A stretch of DNA of 62,928 bases, filler included, from Octopus bimaculoides (taxonomy: Eukaryota): the NCBI RefSeq assembly GCF_001194135.2. It is 4 parts of 3 records of this genome, joined end to end, with 100 filler letters (N's around TTAATTAATTAA, not from the genome) between each part and the next. Parts side by side here need not be neighbours in the genome. Positions count along the whole stretch, not along the records: positions 20,792 to 34,199 come from NC_068983.1; positions 34,300 to 57,656 come from NC_068983.1; 2 more parts are not named here. One strand, given 5' to 3'. The position numbers and the translations under genes are program-made. The notes beneath the pieces were generated by a model. That model was not told the DNA's origin. It made no database searches and saw only the letters and a program-made list of their open reading frames with translations. Below, one piece after another: positions 25,165-37,639 of this stretch (within the stretch, counting starts at the first letter, position 1; each line of letters begins with the position of its first letter).

Positions 25165-25580
25165 TGAAAGAACAAGGCCGAATTTTTTTGTGGGGTGGGG
25201 TCGATTAGATCGACCCCAGTACGCAACTCGTAGTTAATTTATCGACCTCGAAAGGAAAGGCAAAGTCGGCCTCGGTGGCATTTGAACTCAGAACATAAAG
25301 ACAGACGAAATACCGCTGAGCATTTCGCCCGGCGTGCTAACATTTCTTATTTCTTTATTCCCCACAAGGGGCTAAACATAGAGGGGACAAACAAGGACAG
25401 ACAAATGGATTAAGTCGATTACATCGACCCCAGTGCGTAACTGATACTTATTTAATCGACCCCAAAAGGGTGAAAGGCAAAGTCGACATCGGCGGAATTT
25501 GATCTCAGAACGTAGCGGAAAACGAAATACCGCTAAGCATGTCACCCGGCGTTCTAACGTTTCTGCCAGCTCACCGCCTT
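25165..25580 (-). mobile_element. Two tandem family B SINEs
   Basis: Two reverse-oriented copies with alternative 3' ends. Confidence 0.85.
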
Positions 25581-25859
25581 GAAAGAATAAGATATTGATT
25601 TAGCAATGCCTGATACCAGCCTCCAGGGAAATGTGTTAAGATTACTCTTTTGTAATTAATGTATATTTAAACTAATATATATATAGACGGAACGCTGTGT
25701 CCGCATGCCGGACTTCAACTCAACAGTTGTTTTAATATGTCCTTAAGCTCAAATTAGAAGGTTAAGGGATGCTGCTGGGAACTGTAGTTAATCTCTGGTT
25801 GGATGCACTTCTTGTTAGAAGACTGAATGTGCAGTAACAAGATATGGTTACTCCGAAAA

Positions 25860-26240
25860 GAGCCAGAAGTGATTATCGGAGTTTTTCTATTACTTCACTA
25901 ATCCTAATTTCTGGCGTGCGAATTGTCTCAACTTTAATCCCATAGATTACTATACATGTGGCGCGGTTGAGGTAGACATCAACCGCTTTGTCTACAATAA
26001 CAAGGCCGAGCTGATGGTGAAGATCAATGAGATGTTCGAAGATCTTCCCAGGGATACAGTAGGAAACACATGCAGGTTCCAGAACCGTCCTGAAAGCGGC
26101 TTATCTCACAACCCTAATCTAGTTGATATCTTTTGATTTTTCTAAACTTCTTCCATCTTTGGATGGAATATTCTTTTCTTCTCCTTCTATGCAAATATGC
26201 AAACCCACAAATGTAGCTCGAAGCTAGAACATTCCATATA
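25860..26240 (+). mobile_element. 3' fragment of the same Tc1/maT-like family
   Basis: Degenerate ...NFNPIDYYTCGAVEVDINR...NNKAELMVKINEMFEDLPRDTVGNTC, homologous to 46560-46730 reversed. Confidence 0.7.
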
Positions 26241-27649
26241 ACTAACTACTCTGTATATTAAATAATATATATATATATATATATATANNNNNNNNNNNNN
26301 NNNNNNNNNNNNNNNNNNNNNNNNNNNNNNNNNNNNNNNNNNNATATATACATATATATATAAAGAGAGAGAGAGAGAGAGAGAGAGATATCATTTAATA
26401 CACACGGCATTTGAAATTGAGCTACTATAAATTTCATGCTTACAATAGAATTATATTTGGGCGAGCTTAGTAGCGTGCTGTGTATTATTGGGCAATGTTT
26501 CAGACTCACAACATAATGTGGTTGCTTTTTGAAGAAAAGAGAGAAAGAATAGGAAAGCAAAACGACAAAAGGTGACGAGGAAAATGCAATGAGGGAAGGG
26601 ACATAAGTGTTGTGAACTTTTGGTCTGTTATAGTGACAAGGAAGGAAGGGAGAAATTCTTCCATAGTATATTAATAAACTTAGAAACAATTCCTTCATAC
26701 CAATATATAGATAGAGAGATTATGAAGAACCAGGGACTGAGAGAAATATTACTTACAGGAATGACGAAGTAAATATTACACGCTAGATGAAACTATCGCT
26801 GATAACGAATTATGTATGTCTATTCAAATTAATGGTAATTCAAATCAGTATATTCTATCCAGAGTAATAACAGAACTGCATCCAGAGGACCGCCATATCA
26901 CCACTACACAAACACGCACAAATACACACACAGTTCTCGAAATCACGTTAAATATCAACAAGCAATTATCAACTCATTGAGCTCGCCGTTTATGGTGGCC
27001 GTTGTTTAAATGCCTCATTTTTTTTTCTTTCCTACTTAAGTTATTAATGCTTCGGTTAATGATTAAAATATTCATTTAACAATTTCTGATTTTGCTCTCG
27101 TGTAAAATCTACAAAGATTACCCCACTGCAATTATATAAAAAGGTGCAGGTATTTAATGTGGTCATGAAGTTGGATTCCTAATCTGGTGGATTTAGCTGT
27201 AATATAACTGTAGAACAAATGTTTCTACCATAGCCTCAAATAGCTCCAAGATATATCTTTAAAAATCAAAAAGTTGAACGCATTGCTAAACCAATTGAAT
27301 AAAACATGTTTGTTCTCGAATAATTGATCTAAACCGCCATCATCTTGGACAACATAATCTGGCCCATGATTGCTCTTAGCAGTGATTTCTCTCTTGCAAT
27401 CTTTCGATCCAAGAATAATGTTTAAGAATGATTTCAAATTTTGGCACAAGGCCAGCAATTTCGGGAAGGTATGGCAAGTCAATTACATCGACGCTAGCGC
27501 TCAACTGGTATTTATTTTATCGACGCCGAAGGGGTGAAAAGCAAAGTCGACAGCGGTGGGATTTGAACTCCGAACGTAAAGACGGGTCAACTAGCGCTAA
27601 GCGTATTGCCTGGTGCGCTAACGATGCTGCCAGCTCACTGACTTAGTGT

Positions 27650-28140
27650 AATACCTTCGATTTTGTAGTGGGCGGATAGCACGGGGTCCATGTTTTGGTC
27701 GGATGCTAAACTGATGCCATCACCATCTGTGTAATATTGATGGAATATTTTCCACATCACATAAATGATGTAGAGCTCCCAGCGGTGTTGAAGAGAGGAG
27801 AGATTAGGTTGTTTAACGACCCCAATCATCAATGCATGTCTTGTTATTGGCTTCTGGAGTGCTTCTAATTTCATAATGAGTTGCTTCGTGTGGGAAGACC
27901 ACAGTGGGCAAAAGTAGAGTAGAGAAGGATGATGGTGTGGGCATCTATAGATCGGAAAGTTCTTAGAATCCAGAAGCACATCTTGCAGGCCAAACCAATC
28001 TTGCTGTTTACGTGGGAACTCCAGCTTAGATTGTTATCAACAATTACTTCAAGGACTCTGGTGTTGTTGAATGACACTAGGAAGTCGCCCGAGGGAAATG
28101 GATATGGTAGTTTCAGAGTATCAAATTCAACTTAACTTCA
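27650..28140 (-). mobile_element. CR1/L2-clade LINE, RT C-terminal fragment
   Basis: VLEVIVDNNLSWSSHVNSKIGLACKMCFWILRTFRS...YFCPLWSSHTKQLIMKLEALQK...LSSLQHRWELYIIY. Confidence 0.8.
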
Positions 28141-28283
28141 TTTAGAAGCATATTGTTCTTTTCCGCTCATTGGACAACAGGACAACAGCAAAGAAATCTG
28201 ACTGAAGGCATGTTCGGTCTCCCATACCGTGTATGCCCAGCTGGCATATATATACATATAGAAATACACACACACACACACAC

Positions 28284-28322
<39 letters not shown>

Positions 28323-28746
28323 TACATACATACATATANNNNNNNNNNNNNNNNNNNNNNNNNNNNNNNNNNNNNNNNNNNNNNNNNNNNNNNNNNNNNN
28401 NNNNNNNNNNNNNNNNNNNNNNNNNNNNNNNNNNNNNNNNTATAAGTATCGTATAGTTGGAATTTACAAAAAAACAACAAAACAAAAGACGTAAATGGTG
28501 TGTAAACAACAAACGTATGTATTAGTTTAACGCTCGGGAAGTGAGAAAGTCTTTTACGTTTCGAGCCTACGCTCTTCAATAGAAAGGAACATGAGGAAAT
28601 AAACAGAGAGAAAAAAAAAAGGTTTAGTGGCTAGCGATCAATCATGTATTGTATTAACGTATATAAGCATGTGTATATATGTGTGTAAGTATGCATGTAT
28701 AAACATATGTATAAATGTACGTATTTATGTTTGTATGTATCCATGC

Positions 28747-28777
<31 letters not shown>

Positions 28778-29430
28778 CTTGCATGAATGCATGTCTGTAA
28801 TACACGAGACTGCGAACTGTGCAGCACCGTAGATTGATGGCATATAAGCGACATTCGCAGTTATTTCAATATGTCCTTCACAGCAAATGCTTTTCAAAAA
28901 TGCGTGAACAGTCAACAAAATCTCCCACTTCTTCTTTCTCTAAGTATAACGTCTTGTATCAGTGAAATATATCAATAAATAACAAGCAGACACGATATAT
29001 AATAATTATTTAATGCCATTGTTCAATAGATATTGGCGCGTTTAAACTATTCGACTAAGTGTCAATACATTAATAAAAGGCGTTCCTCTGAGAAAAAGAC
29101 TATTTCAAATGAAATTAATAACAGTAGAGCCAATATCCGTTTTCTCTCTGTTAAATATGTGCAAATGCTGTCATATAACATCGAACTTTTAACCGTATAT
29201 ATTCCTAAGAATAATATCAGATTCATGGAAATGTCAATATTGAGTAGAAATGTGTAATTTATGATTTTAAATCCGAACCAATAAGAACATGTTATCAGAA
29301 TATATCGGAATTATAAAGATTTGGGGTTTTTAGGTAGTAACAGGTTCGCGTGATACTTTTGTTTATTCATTTTTTAAAGGAAAGTGGCATATTTGATTGA
29401 AATGACCTCCATAATATGCGTAGTACTCAC

Positions 29431-29526
29431 CATTGGAGTATTGACAAACAAAATTTTCCTCCAATCAAAATTGAGTTGGTAAACAGAAATATGTTTCGGA
29501 ATATATAGTCCGGATTCTCCACCACT
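29431..29526 (-). CDS. Candidate 96-nt exon, possibly degenerate GTPase-like
   Basis: TTTTGAACAG acceptor and GTGAGTA donor; length is a multiple of 3. Frame 0 reads SGGESGLYIPKHISVYQLNFDWRKILFVNTPM; a second frame is also open. Confidence 0.35.
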
Positions 29527-29572
29527 CTGTTCAAAAGTTCTTATTATATTCACTGTTCTATATTCAAGAATT

Positions 29573-29796
29573 ACTCTTTTACTTGTTTCAGTCATTTGAC
29601 TGCGGCCATGCTGGAGCTCCGCCGTTTAATCGAGCAAATCGACTCCAGGACTTATTCTTTGGAAGCCTAGTACTTATTCTTTCGGTCTATTTTGCCAAAC
29701 CGCTAAGTTGCGGGGATGTAAACACACCAGAATCGGTTGTCAAGCGATGCTGGGGGGACAAACATAGACACACAAACATACACACACATACACACA

Positions 29797-29832
<36 letters not shown>

Positions 29833-30012
29833 GAGACACACACACACATATATATACATATATACGATGGGCTTTTTTAAGTTTCCGTCTACCAAATCCA
29901 CTCACATGGCTTTGGTCGGACCGAGGTAGAAGACAAGGTGCCACGCAGTGGAAATGAACCCGGAACCATGTGGTTGGTAAGCAAGCTACTTACCACACAG
30001 CCGCTCTTGCGC
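29573..30012 (-). mobile_element. SINE family A, full length
   Basis: Tail, (CA)n and head in reverse orientation. Confidence 0.88.
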
Positions 30013-30806
30013 TTAGTTAATTTTGATTTATTTGTCCTTCATTATTTAATTCTTTTTCTTTCTTTCACACACGTTAGGTCTGTAGTGGTGTCGTTGGTAA
30101 CTACCAACTCTTCTCTCCTCAACATTGCTGGCCTTGTACCTAAGTTAGAAACGATTATAACTATAGATTTAAATTTTGGCACAAGGGCAACAATTTCTGG
30201 GAGAGGGTAAGTCGATTACGTGAAACCCAAGTGCTCGACTGGTTCCTATTTTATCAACCCCCAGAAGGGTGAATAGTAAAGTCGACCTTAGTGGAATTTG
30301 AACTCAGAACATGAAGACGGGTGAAATACCGCGAAGCATTTTGTTCGACATGCTAACGATTCTGCCAGATCGCCGCCTTAGAAGCGATTATAATTCGTAT
30401 GTCAGCAACTTGGCAGAATCGTTAAAGTATTGGTTTATATCAGGTGGTCTCGACCATTTTCTATCTATGTACACCTTTGATTGCTATTTCATTTTGGTGG
30501 ATCTCATAGCTATTCGATGGTTAATAACTAGTTTTATAGAAACTTCTTTCACAATTCCTGTTGTGTTTTTCACATTAATTTGTGTAGGTTAAAGTATAGA
30601 AAATATTAGAGAAATACACCTAGCTGTTTCTTGCAATACATATCAATACACACATCGAAAGCAAAATATTTTGAGGGTCTCTTAAACTAATATTGTGGAT
30701 CCCCAATGTGCTATTTTCTTTCGTGGACCTCCAAAAACCTTATATGGGCCCTCAGGGGTCAAATGGACGCCGGTTGAGAACCAGCTGGTTCATATGGGTA
30801 AAACAC

Positions 30807-31138
30807 TGTTGTGTCGACTCCCCCAAGCGAAGAAGTAGGCTCGACCAAGACATATAAATAGAGGTAGTCTGACCTTGGTAGCAATCAACTGACAATCGAC
30901 TGACAGGTTGAGTAGCTGCCGTGTAGCGGTTGTGTAGAGATCATCCGAAGGTGCTAGACAGCAGTAGTTTGAGACATAACAAACACGATGACGTAAACTT
31001 TCGAGCTCTTTACATGCTGTGCAAAAACCCCACCGATACCAACTGTGCTGTTCATACCTCCGCAGTTCATAAATAAAATTCCGGTGAAGTCCTGTGTGGT
31101 CAACTATATTGGCTAGTCACTTCTCGAAGCTGTTGGCA
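30807..31138 (+). mobile_element. Second LTR-like copy
   Basis: Starts TGTTGTGTCGAC as the 21.6-kb copy does; ATATAAATA and AATAAA present; 3' end uncertain. Confidence 0.4.
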
Positions 31139-32585
31139 TTTTATTCAAAATGGAAACCACTTTTGAGCACAAATTTCGCCGAGGTCAACTTTGCTTTCAT
31201 CATTTCGAAGTCGATAAAATAATATACCATACATGCACTGAAATCTATTTCAATTGCCTTAACAGCTCCCCTAAAATTACAGGCTTGTGTCTACATTAGA
31301 AACAATTATATCTTCTCGGCAAAGTATAATGAGCAATTAACTGCCAGACCACAGCATAGTGTGAAGTGAAGTGGATATAGTTTTGCAGCAAAAGTGATTC
31401 AATGATTAGGTAATTTGAAATAACGACATTTGGAAATTTCCCAACGGTGCAGGCTAATATACTTAACGTAGTGAACGATAATCATTTTAATCAATTGAAA
31501 ATATTCTCGTAATGAGAAGAAAAAGTCATTTTCGTTAATGAAAATACGTCGCAACAGATACAAAGGCAAGAACTTAAAAATTTCAAACAAATGAAGATGA
31601 AATCGAGATAGACAGGAGATGAGCTGAAGTGATAGATTCTCCCCATTATTTGCCTAAAAACAGGCGGTGAGATGGTAGTATCGTTAACACGTCGGTGGCA
31701 AAATGATTAACGGTACATTTTTCCGACTCCTTAGGTACGACCCCCTTTTTGATGTCGTACCAGTTGTATACAGAATCAAATGATTTCGATGTACGCTTCA
31801 CCTAAAACTACTTACATTGTGTGAAAGTTTGGAAGAGTTATAAGTATAGTATCGATTGTTTAAAAGTCATTTTCTACTTACTACACAAAATATGATAACC
31901 TGTAATTTACTATACATTTCTCGTACAGACACCACTCTTCAAAACATTTCATATATCACCATTTGAAATTGCCTAATCAGGGAATTATTTTCTCATGAAA
32001 TCTATATACATTTGAGGTTAGTATACGCTCTATTTGTTACATGTTGATTGTGATAATATCTACAAATATCTAAGTGATTCAATCCTCATTGAAATTGTCC
32101 CCATATGGAAGAAAGAGCAGTTTATCTCTTGTATATCACCATTATATTTTCAGTCAATTATAATCTCGGTGTTCACCCCCATCCGGCATGTAAAGCAAAA
32201 TATCTTTAATGCTAAAAGCATTTACGTTCTCCTTGTTGGTGTAACGTTATTTTATTGAAAAAAAAAAAGAATATCGTTTACTTTAAAATACGTTAGATAG
32301 CACTTAGCTCTATATTTCTTTATGCAGAAACCAGTCACACTAAATTTTCCAATATTGATATATTTAAATCTGCGTGCGAGTATATTTATACTGGTGTGCT
32401 TTTCGTAAGCATAAATGTATACGCGTGTCTGTATAAATGTATATATTTCAACACAGAAACAGATATACAAATATACGCATGTATGTACGTTCATATGCAC
32501 ATATATTAGTGTATGCATATATATATATGTGTGTGTGTGTATGTGTGTGTGTGTGTGTGCGTGTGTATGTATGTATATATGAATA

Positions 32586-32616
<31 letters not shown>

Positions 32617-34199
32617 ATGTATGTATGTATGTATATATATATATATATATATATACAGATAAATAGATTTAGAGACTGATGCACTTACTACGTCGGACTT
32701 TTAATCATATATATATATATATNNNNNNNNNNNNNNNNNNNNNNNNNNNNNNNNNNNNNNNNNNNNNNNNNNNNNNNNNNNNNNNNNNNNNNNNNNNNNN
32801 NNNNNNNNNNNNNNNNNNNNNNNNNNNNNNNNNNNNNNNNNNNNNNNNNNNNNNNNNNNNNNNNNNNNNNNNNNNNNNNNNNNNNNNNNNNNNNNNNNNN
32901 NNNNNNNNNNNNNNNNNNNNNNNNNNNNNNNNNNNNNNNNNNNNNNNNNNNNNNNNNNNNNNNNNNNNNNNNNNNNNNNNNNNNNNNNNNNNNNNNNNNN
33001 NNNNNNNNNNNNNNNNNNNNNNNNNNNNNNNNNNNNNNNNNNNNNNNNNNNNNNNNNNNNNNNNNNNNNNNNNNNNNNNNNNNNNNNNNNNNNNNNNNNN
33101 NNNNNNNNNNNNNNNNNNNNNNNNNNNNNNNNNNNNNNNNNNNNNNNNNNNNNNNNNNNNNNNNNNNNNNNNNNNNNNNNNNNNNNNNNNNNNNNNNNNN
33201 NNNNNNNNNNNNNNNNNNNNNNNNNNNNNNNNNNNNNNNNNNNNNNNNNNNNNNNNNNNNNNNNNNNNNNNNNNNNNNNNNNNNNNNNNNNNNNNNNNNN
33301 NNNNNNNNNNNNNNNNNNNNNNNNNNNNNNNNNNNNNNNNNNNNNNNNNNNNNNNNNNNNNNNNNNNNNNNNNNNNNNNNNNNNNNNNNNNNNNNNNNNN
33401 NNNNNNNNNNNNNNNNNNNNNNNNNNNNNNNNNNNNNNNNNNNNNNNNNNNNNNNNNNNNNNNNNNNNNNNNNNNNNNNNNNNNNNNNNNNNNNNNNNNN
33501 NNNNNNNNNNNNNNNNNNNNNNNNNNNNNNNNNNNNNNNNNNNNNNNNNNNNNNNNNNNNNNNNNNNNNNNNNNNNNNNNNNNNNNNNNNNNNNNNNNNN
33601 NNNNNNNNNNNNNNNNNNNNNNNNNNNNNNNNNNNNNNNNNNNNNNNNNNNNNNNNNNNNNNNNNNNNNNNNNNNNNNNNNNNNNNNNNNNNNNNNNNNN
33701 NNNNNNNNNNNNNNNNTATATATATACATACATATATATATACATATATATATATATGTGTATATATGTATGTGTATGAATGTATATATGTTCTTGTGTA
33801 AAATTATATTTACAATCGGTTCGATCACTGGGGATAGTATAAATAATACTTTCATGGTGTAAAGCTTTCCTAGACCACAGATGCAAATGATAATGTCATA
33901 CTGTGACACTTGCAGAGATAAAAATCACAAGAGTAGTCGTCAGTGAATCTCTGTACAATGCGTCAATAAACTGACATGTTATGTTTAGCAACGCACACAC
34001 CGTTACTGAGTGGTGTTAGCTTCAAAAGAAAGCACCAGCTTATACATGTGTGGGTGCGTGAATGTGTGTGTGTGTATGTGTGTGTGCGTGTGTGCGTGTG
34101 TGTGTGTGTGTGTCCATATATCGGTGCATAAACACATACACATATATATGTATATATACATACACATATATATATATATATAAATATATATATGTGTAT

Positions 34200-34299
34200 N
34201 NNNNNNNNNNNNNNNNNNNNNNNNNNNNNNNNNNNNNNNNNNNTTAATTAATTAANNNNNNNNNNNNNNNNNNNNNNNNNNNNNNNNNNNNNNNNNNNN
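34200..34299. other. Artificial scaffold-join spacer
   Basis: 44 N + TTAATTAATTAA + 44 N. Confidence 0.95.
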
Positions 34300-34634
34300 T
34301 AACCCTAACCCTAACCCTAACCCTTGGGTTAGGGTTAGGGTTAAAGCAAATTTAAAATGAAAAAAGCAAATAAAACGAAGGTATGGAGATTAAATACGCT
34401 TTACATCGCTTAATCAGCCAAAGGAGTAAATGTAAACAACTGAATACTTGTCAGTGATTGGTTGAAATTATCGAAATAAGACAATTTTTTACATGAAATA
34501 AATTCGAATACAAAAATATTTTTCTGTTCTATAACACAAAATAGATAAGTATACAAAGTTTGAAAGTCTTTCGGTACCAAAAACACTACATAAAACATTA
34601 ATGAAAGATGTGGCCCCCGTTTTAAAATAGATCC
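34300..34634 (-). mobile_element. Half copy of the telomere-palindrome MITE, cut by the scaffold join
   Basis: Near-identical reverse complement of 49250-49584; begins with (TAACCC)4 TT GGGTTAGGGTTAGGGTTA. Confidence 0.88.
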
Positions 34635-35002
34635 CTCAGAATGTAAAAAGCCAGAACATATAATACAAGGCATTTTGTCTCACATTCTAACGAATCTGCC
34701 AATACACCAGCTATCAATAATCCCCTCTACTATAAGCACAAGGCCTGAAATGTTGGGGGTGGGACTTGTCGATTACATTGACTTTTAGTGCTTGGTTGGT
34801 ACTTATTTAATCGATCCCATAAAGTTGAAAGGCAAAACTGACTTTGGCAGAATTTGAACTCAGAACGTAAAGCTGGATGAAATGCTGCTAGACATTTTGT
34901 CTAGTATGCTAACAATTCAGCCAGCTTGCTGCTTTACACCACCAATTAATAATGGTTCAAATTTGGGCACAAGGCCAGCAATTTTTGGGGATGGTGATAA
35001 GT

Positions 35003-35167
35003 TACCATATTCTAATGTGTATAGGGAACCCTTTTTTGCCAAAAATTAGGTGAAAAAAATATAGGGGTTTCTTATACATGGATAGTATTATAATCCATTA
35101 TAAAACCGTTTTTCCAAATTTTAAGCCCCAAAAATTAGGGGTTCCTTATGCACATTAAAATATGGTA
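35003..35167. mobile_element. Small TA-flanked pogo-type MITE inserted in a SINE in the UGCG intron
   Basis: TIRs TACCATATTCTAATGTGTATAGGGAACCC / GGGGTTCCTTATGCACATTAAAATATGGTA; SINE halves on both sides. Confidence 0.65.
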
Positions 35168-35355
35168 CATCAACCCAGTGCTCAAGTGATACTTACCTTA
35201 TCAATCCCAAATGGATGAAAGGCAGAGTTGACCATACTGGAATTTAAACTCAGAATGTAAAGACAGTGGAAAGTACGTTGTTGCAAAACCAAACTTCTTG
35301 ACCACGGCATTGCCTGTTTATTTATTTTTCTCTTTTGTTCTCCCATTACTTTCAG

Positions 35356-35548
35356 ATGGCTGCGATTACGTTTCAGTATGATTCCTTTTGTCACAATTAT
35401 TATTGAACCCTTAACTGAATGTCTACCGCTGGGTCTTTATGGATCGTGGAGCATCCATCACTTTCTTGGTGTTAACCCTTATTATATATTTTCATTCCAC
35501 ATCTTAGGATGGTTGATTATAGATTATTTACAATTAAAAAATATACAG
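35356..35548 (+). CDS. UGCG: Ceramide glucosyltransferase (glucosylceramide synthase), penultimate coding exon
   Basis: Polypyrimidine tract + TTTCAG acceptor and CAG|GTGAGT donor. Translates (R)WLRLRFSMIPFVTIIIEPLTECLPLGLYGSWSIHHFLGVNPYYIFSFHILGWLIIDYLQLKNIQ, matching vertebrate UGCG [22 protein letters not shown]...HCLAWFIFDYIQLRGVQ as recalled, including the RW of the QxxRW motif and, as recalled, the same intron positions. Confidence 0.93.
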
Positions 35549-37639
35549 GTGAGTACTTTAATTTCATTTTAATTATAAAAATATACAGGTGAGTGAGTAT
35601 TTGTTGTCTTCATCCACGTCCTCATTGTTTTAATATTCACTTTTCTATTTAATGTTTCCATTCTTCATAACCAGACATCTTTTACATCATCATCATCATC
35701 ATCCTGTGTTTTAAATCTGGGTTTTGTTCCCGTTAACCGGGGTGGCTGGATCTACCTCAATGCCATAGCAACTGAGGTAGGCAGGTGCAGCCCACCCCAA
35801 CCTTGGGGCTGACTAGCTGGTGCCCATTCTCCCTTGCTATCATGAGGCTCTTTTGGAGCTGGATTTTTGACGGGGAGCATGCCCTTGCTTACCCCCAACC
35901 TCAGTTTCTAGACATGAGTGGTTCAATGACCAAGGCCTCTACCATGATTTTTAAGAAATGTGGTGGAAAACAGGCTATTAGAAATGAGTGACACTGCTTG
36001 TATGACAGTAAAACTCATTTACAACTACCATGCAATGTCAAGACAAGAAAACCCAAACACACACACACACATACATACGCATTACTTACATACATACATG
36101 GCTCTCACACCTGTATAAATCACCTGTGTTAGTGCCACTGAAGAAGCATTCATACTGGCACCACGTAAAAAGCACTCATGCCAGCACCACATAAAAAGCA
36201 TGCATGCCAGCACCATGTACAAAGTACCTGTGCTGGTACCACATAAAAGGCACCCAGTACACTTTGTAAAGTGGTTGGTGTTAGGAAGGGGATCCAGCTA
36301 TAGAAACTATGCCAAAACAGATGACTGGAACCTGGTGCAGCTCTCTGGTTTGCCAGCACTGGTCAAACTGTCCAACCCATGCCAGCATGGAAAATGGGCA
36401 TTAAATGATGATGACGATGGTGACGACGACGGTGATGATGATGACACCGGCACTGATGACGATGATGATGTGTGTGTGTATGTTCAGTGAGTTTCTTTGT
36501 ATTTCTGCCTATCAAATCCAGTGACAAGGCTTTGGTGAGCATGAATCTATAGTAGAGAGCATTTGCTCAAGGTGCCATGCAGTGGGACTGAACCCAAGAC
36601 CACATGGTTGAGGAGTAAGCTTCTTAACTACAGAGCCATGCCTGCACCATTTACAATATAAAACACACCACATGTGATGTGAAAATGTTATAAAAATTTA
36701 CTACATGTTACATAAAATATGCCATGTAAAATATACGACGTATGATATAAAATATATCATACATAAAGATATACCACATGTTATAACGTGATATAGAATA
36801 TAGGATATGACATATGCAACCATTATTATCTCTTCTAAGCGACATTATATTCATTTTCAGTTAACTTTTCTCCCTTTTAATATTTTCTCTGTTGCCCTTA
36901 GTGTTTGACTTTGTTTAAAGCTGTTTGTGTGAATATAAAACCATTTGGATCATTAATTCAACATATTACATACATACATGTGTGTGTGTGTATGTATTTG
37001 TTTGTGTGTGTGATTGTATGTGTGTATTTGTGTGTGTATGTGATTGTGTGTGTGACTGTATTTGTTTGTGTGTGATTGTGTATGTGTATGTGTGTGTGTA
37101 TTTGTTTGTGTGTGTATTTATTTGTGTGTGTGTGTGTGTGTATTTGTTTGTGTGTGTGTGTGTGTGCACATATGTGTGTATTATTTTTAAACAAGAATAT
37201 TATTGACAGTAACTTTGAAATTTCATCCCATTAAGCCATTGTTAGTTGTCTGAAATATAACTGAAAGCTTGGGCAGGGGAATACATCATGCAATACAACA
37301 CAAACATTTAAATTGATAAGATTTTTCTAAAAAAAATAAGCAGTTTAAAAAAGCAAACTATTTTTCTGCCTCATTTAATTAAATTAAAGGCCTCAAAACA
37401 CTTTCAACATTTACGTTTATCACTTTATTTCATAAATTTATTTCATGAGTAAAATAGTATATAAAATAATTTATTGCATTTTAACTCCATTAAATTTTGT
37501 TCAAAGCAACATCTCCATATTCTTTTAATCTCTTTACCCATCAAGAAATCGCTGCTGGCTTTTCTGTTGTTGCTATTTCTTGTTATGTATTTTCACAAAT
37601 TAATGTGTATAATGTCATTCTGTTTTTCTCTTCTTCTAG

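Noticed and set aside
28530-28585. Hammerhead-like TTGAAGAGC...GCTCGAAACGTA on the minus strand (related copy near 10170)
   Set aside because: The core is mutated, stem II would have to use core bases, and stem I does not pair; at best a decayed relic.
31399-31655. About 85-codon minus-strand open frame
   Set aside because: F/L/I-rich reading of a T-rich strand where stops are naturally rare; weak donor and no recognisable motif.
34300-34343. TTAGGG repeats at a scaffold start suggesting a chromosome end
   Set aside because: Only a few units, palindromic, and part of the MITE seen complete at 49250-49824.
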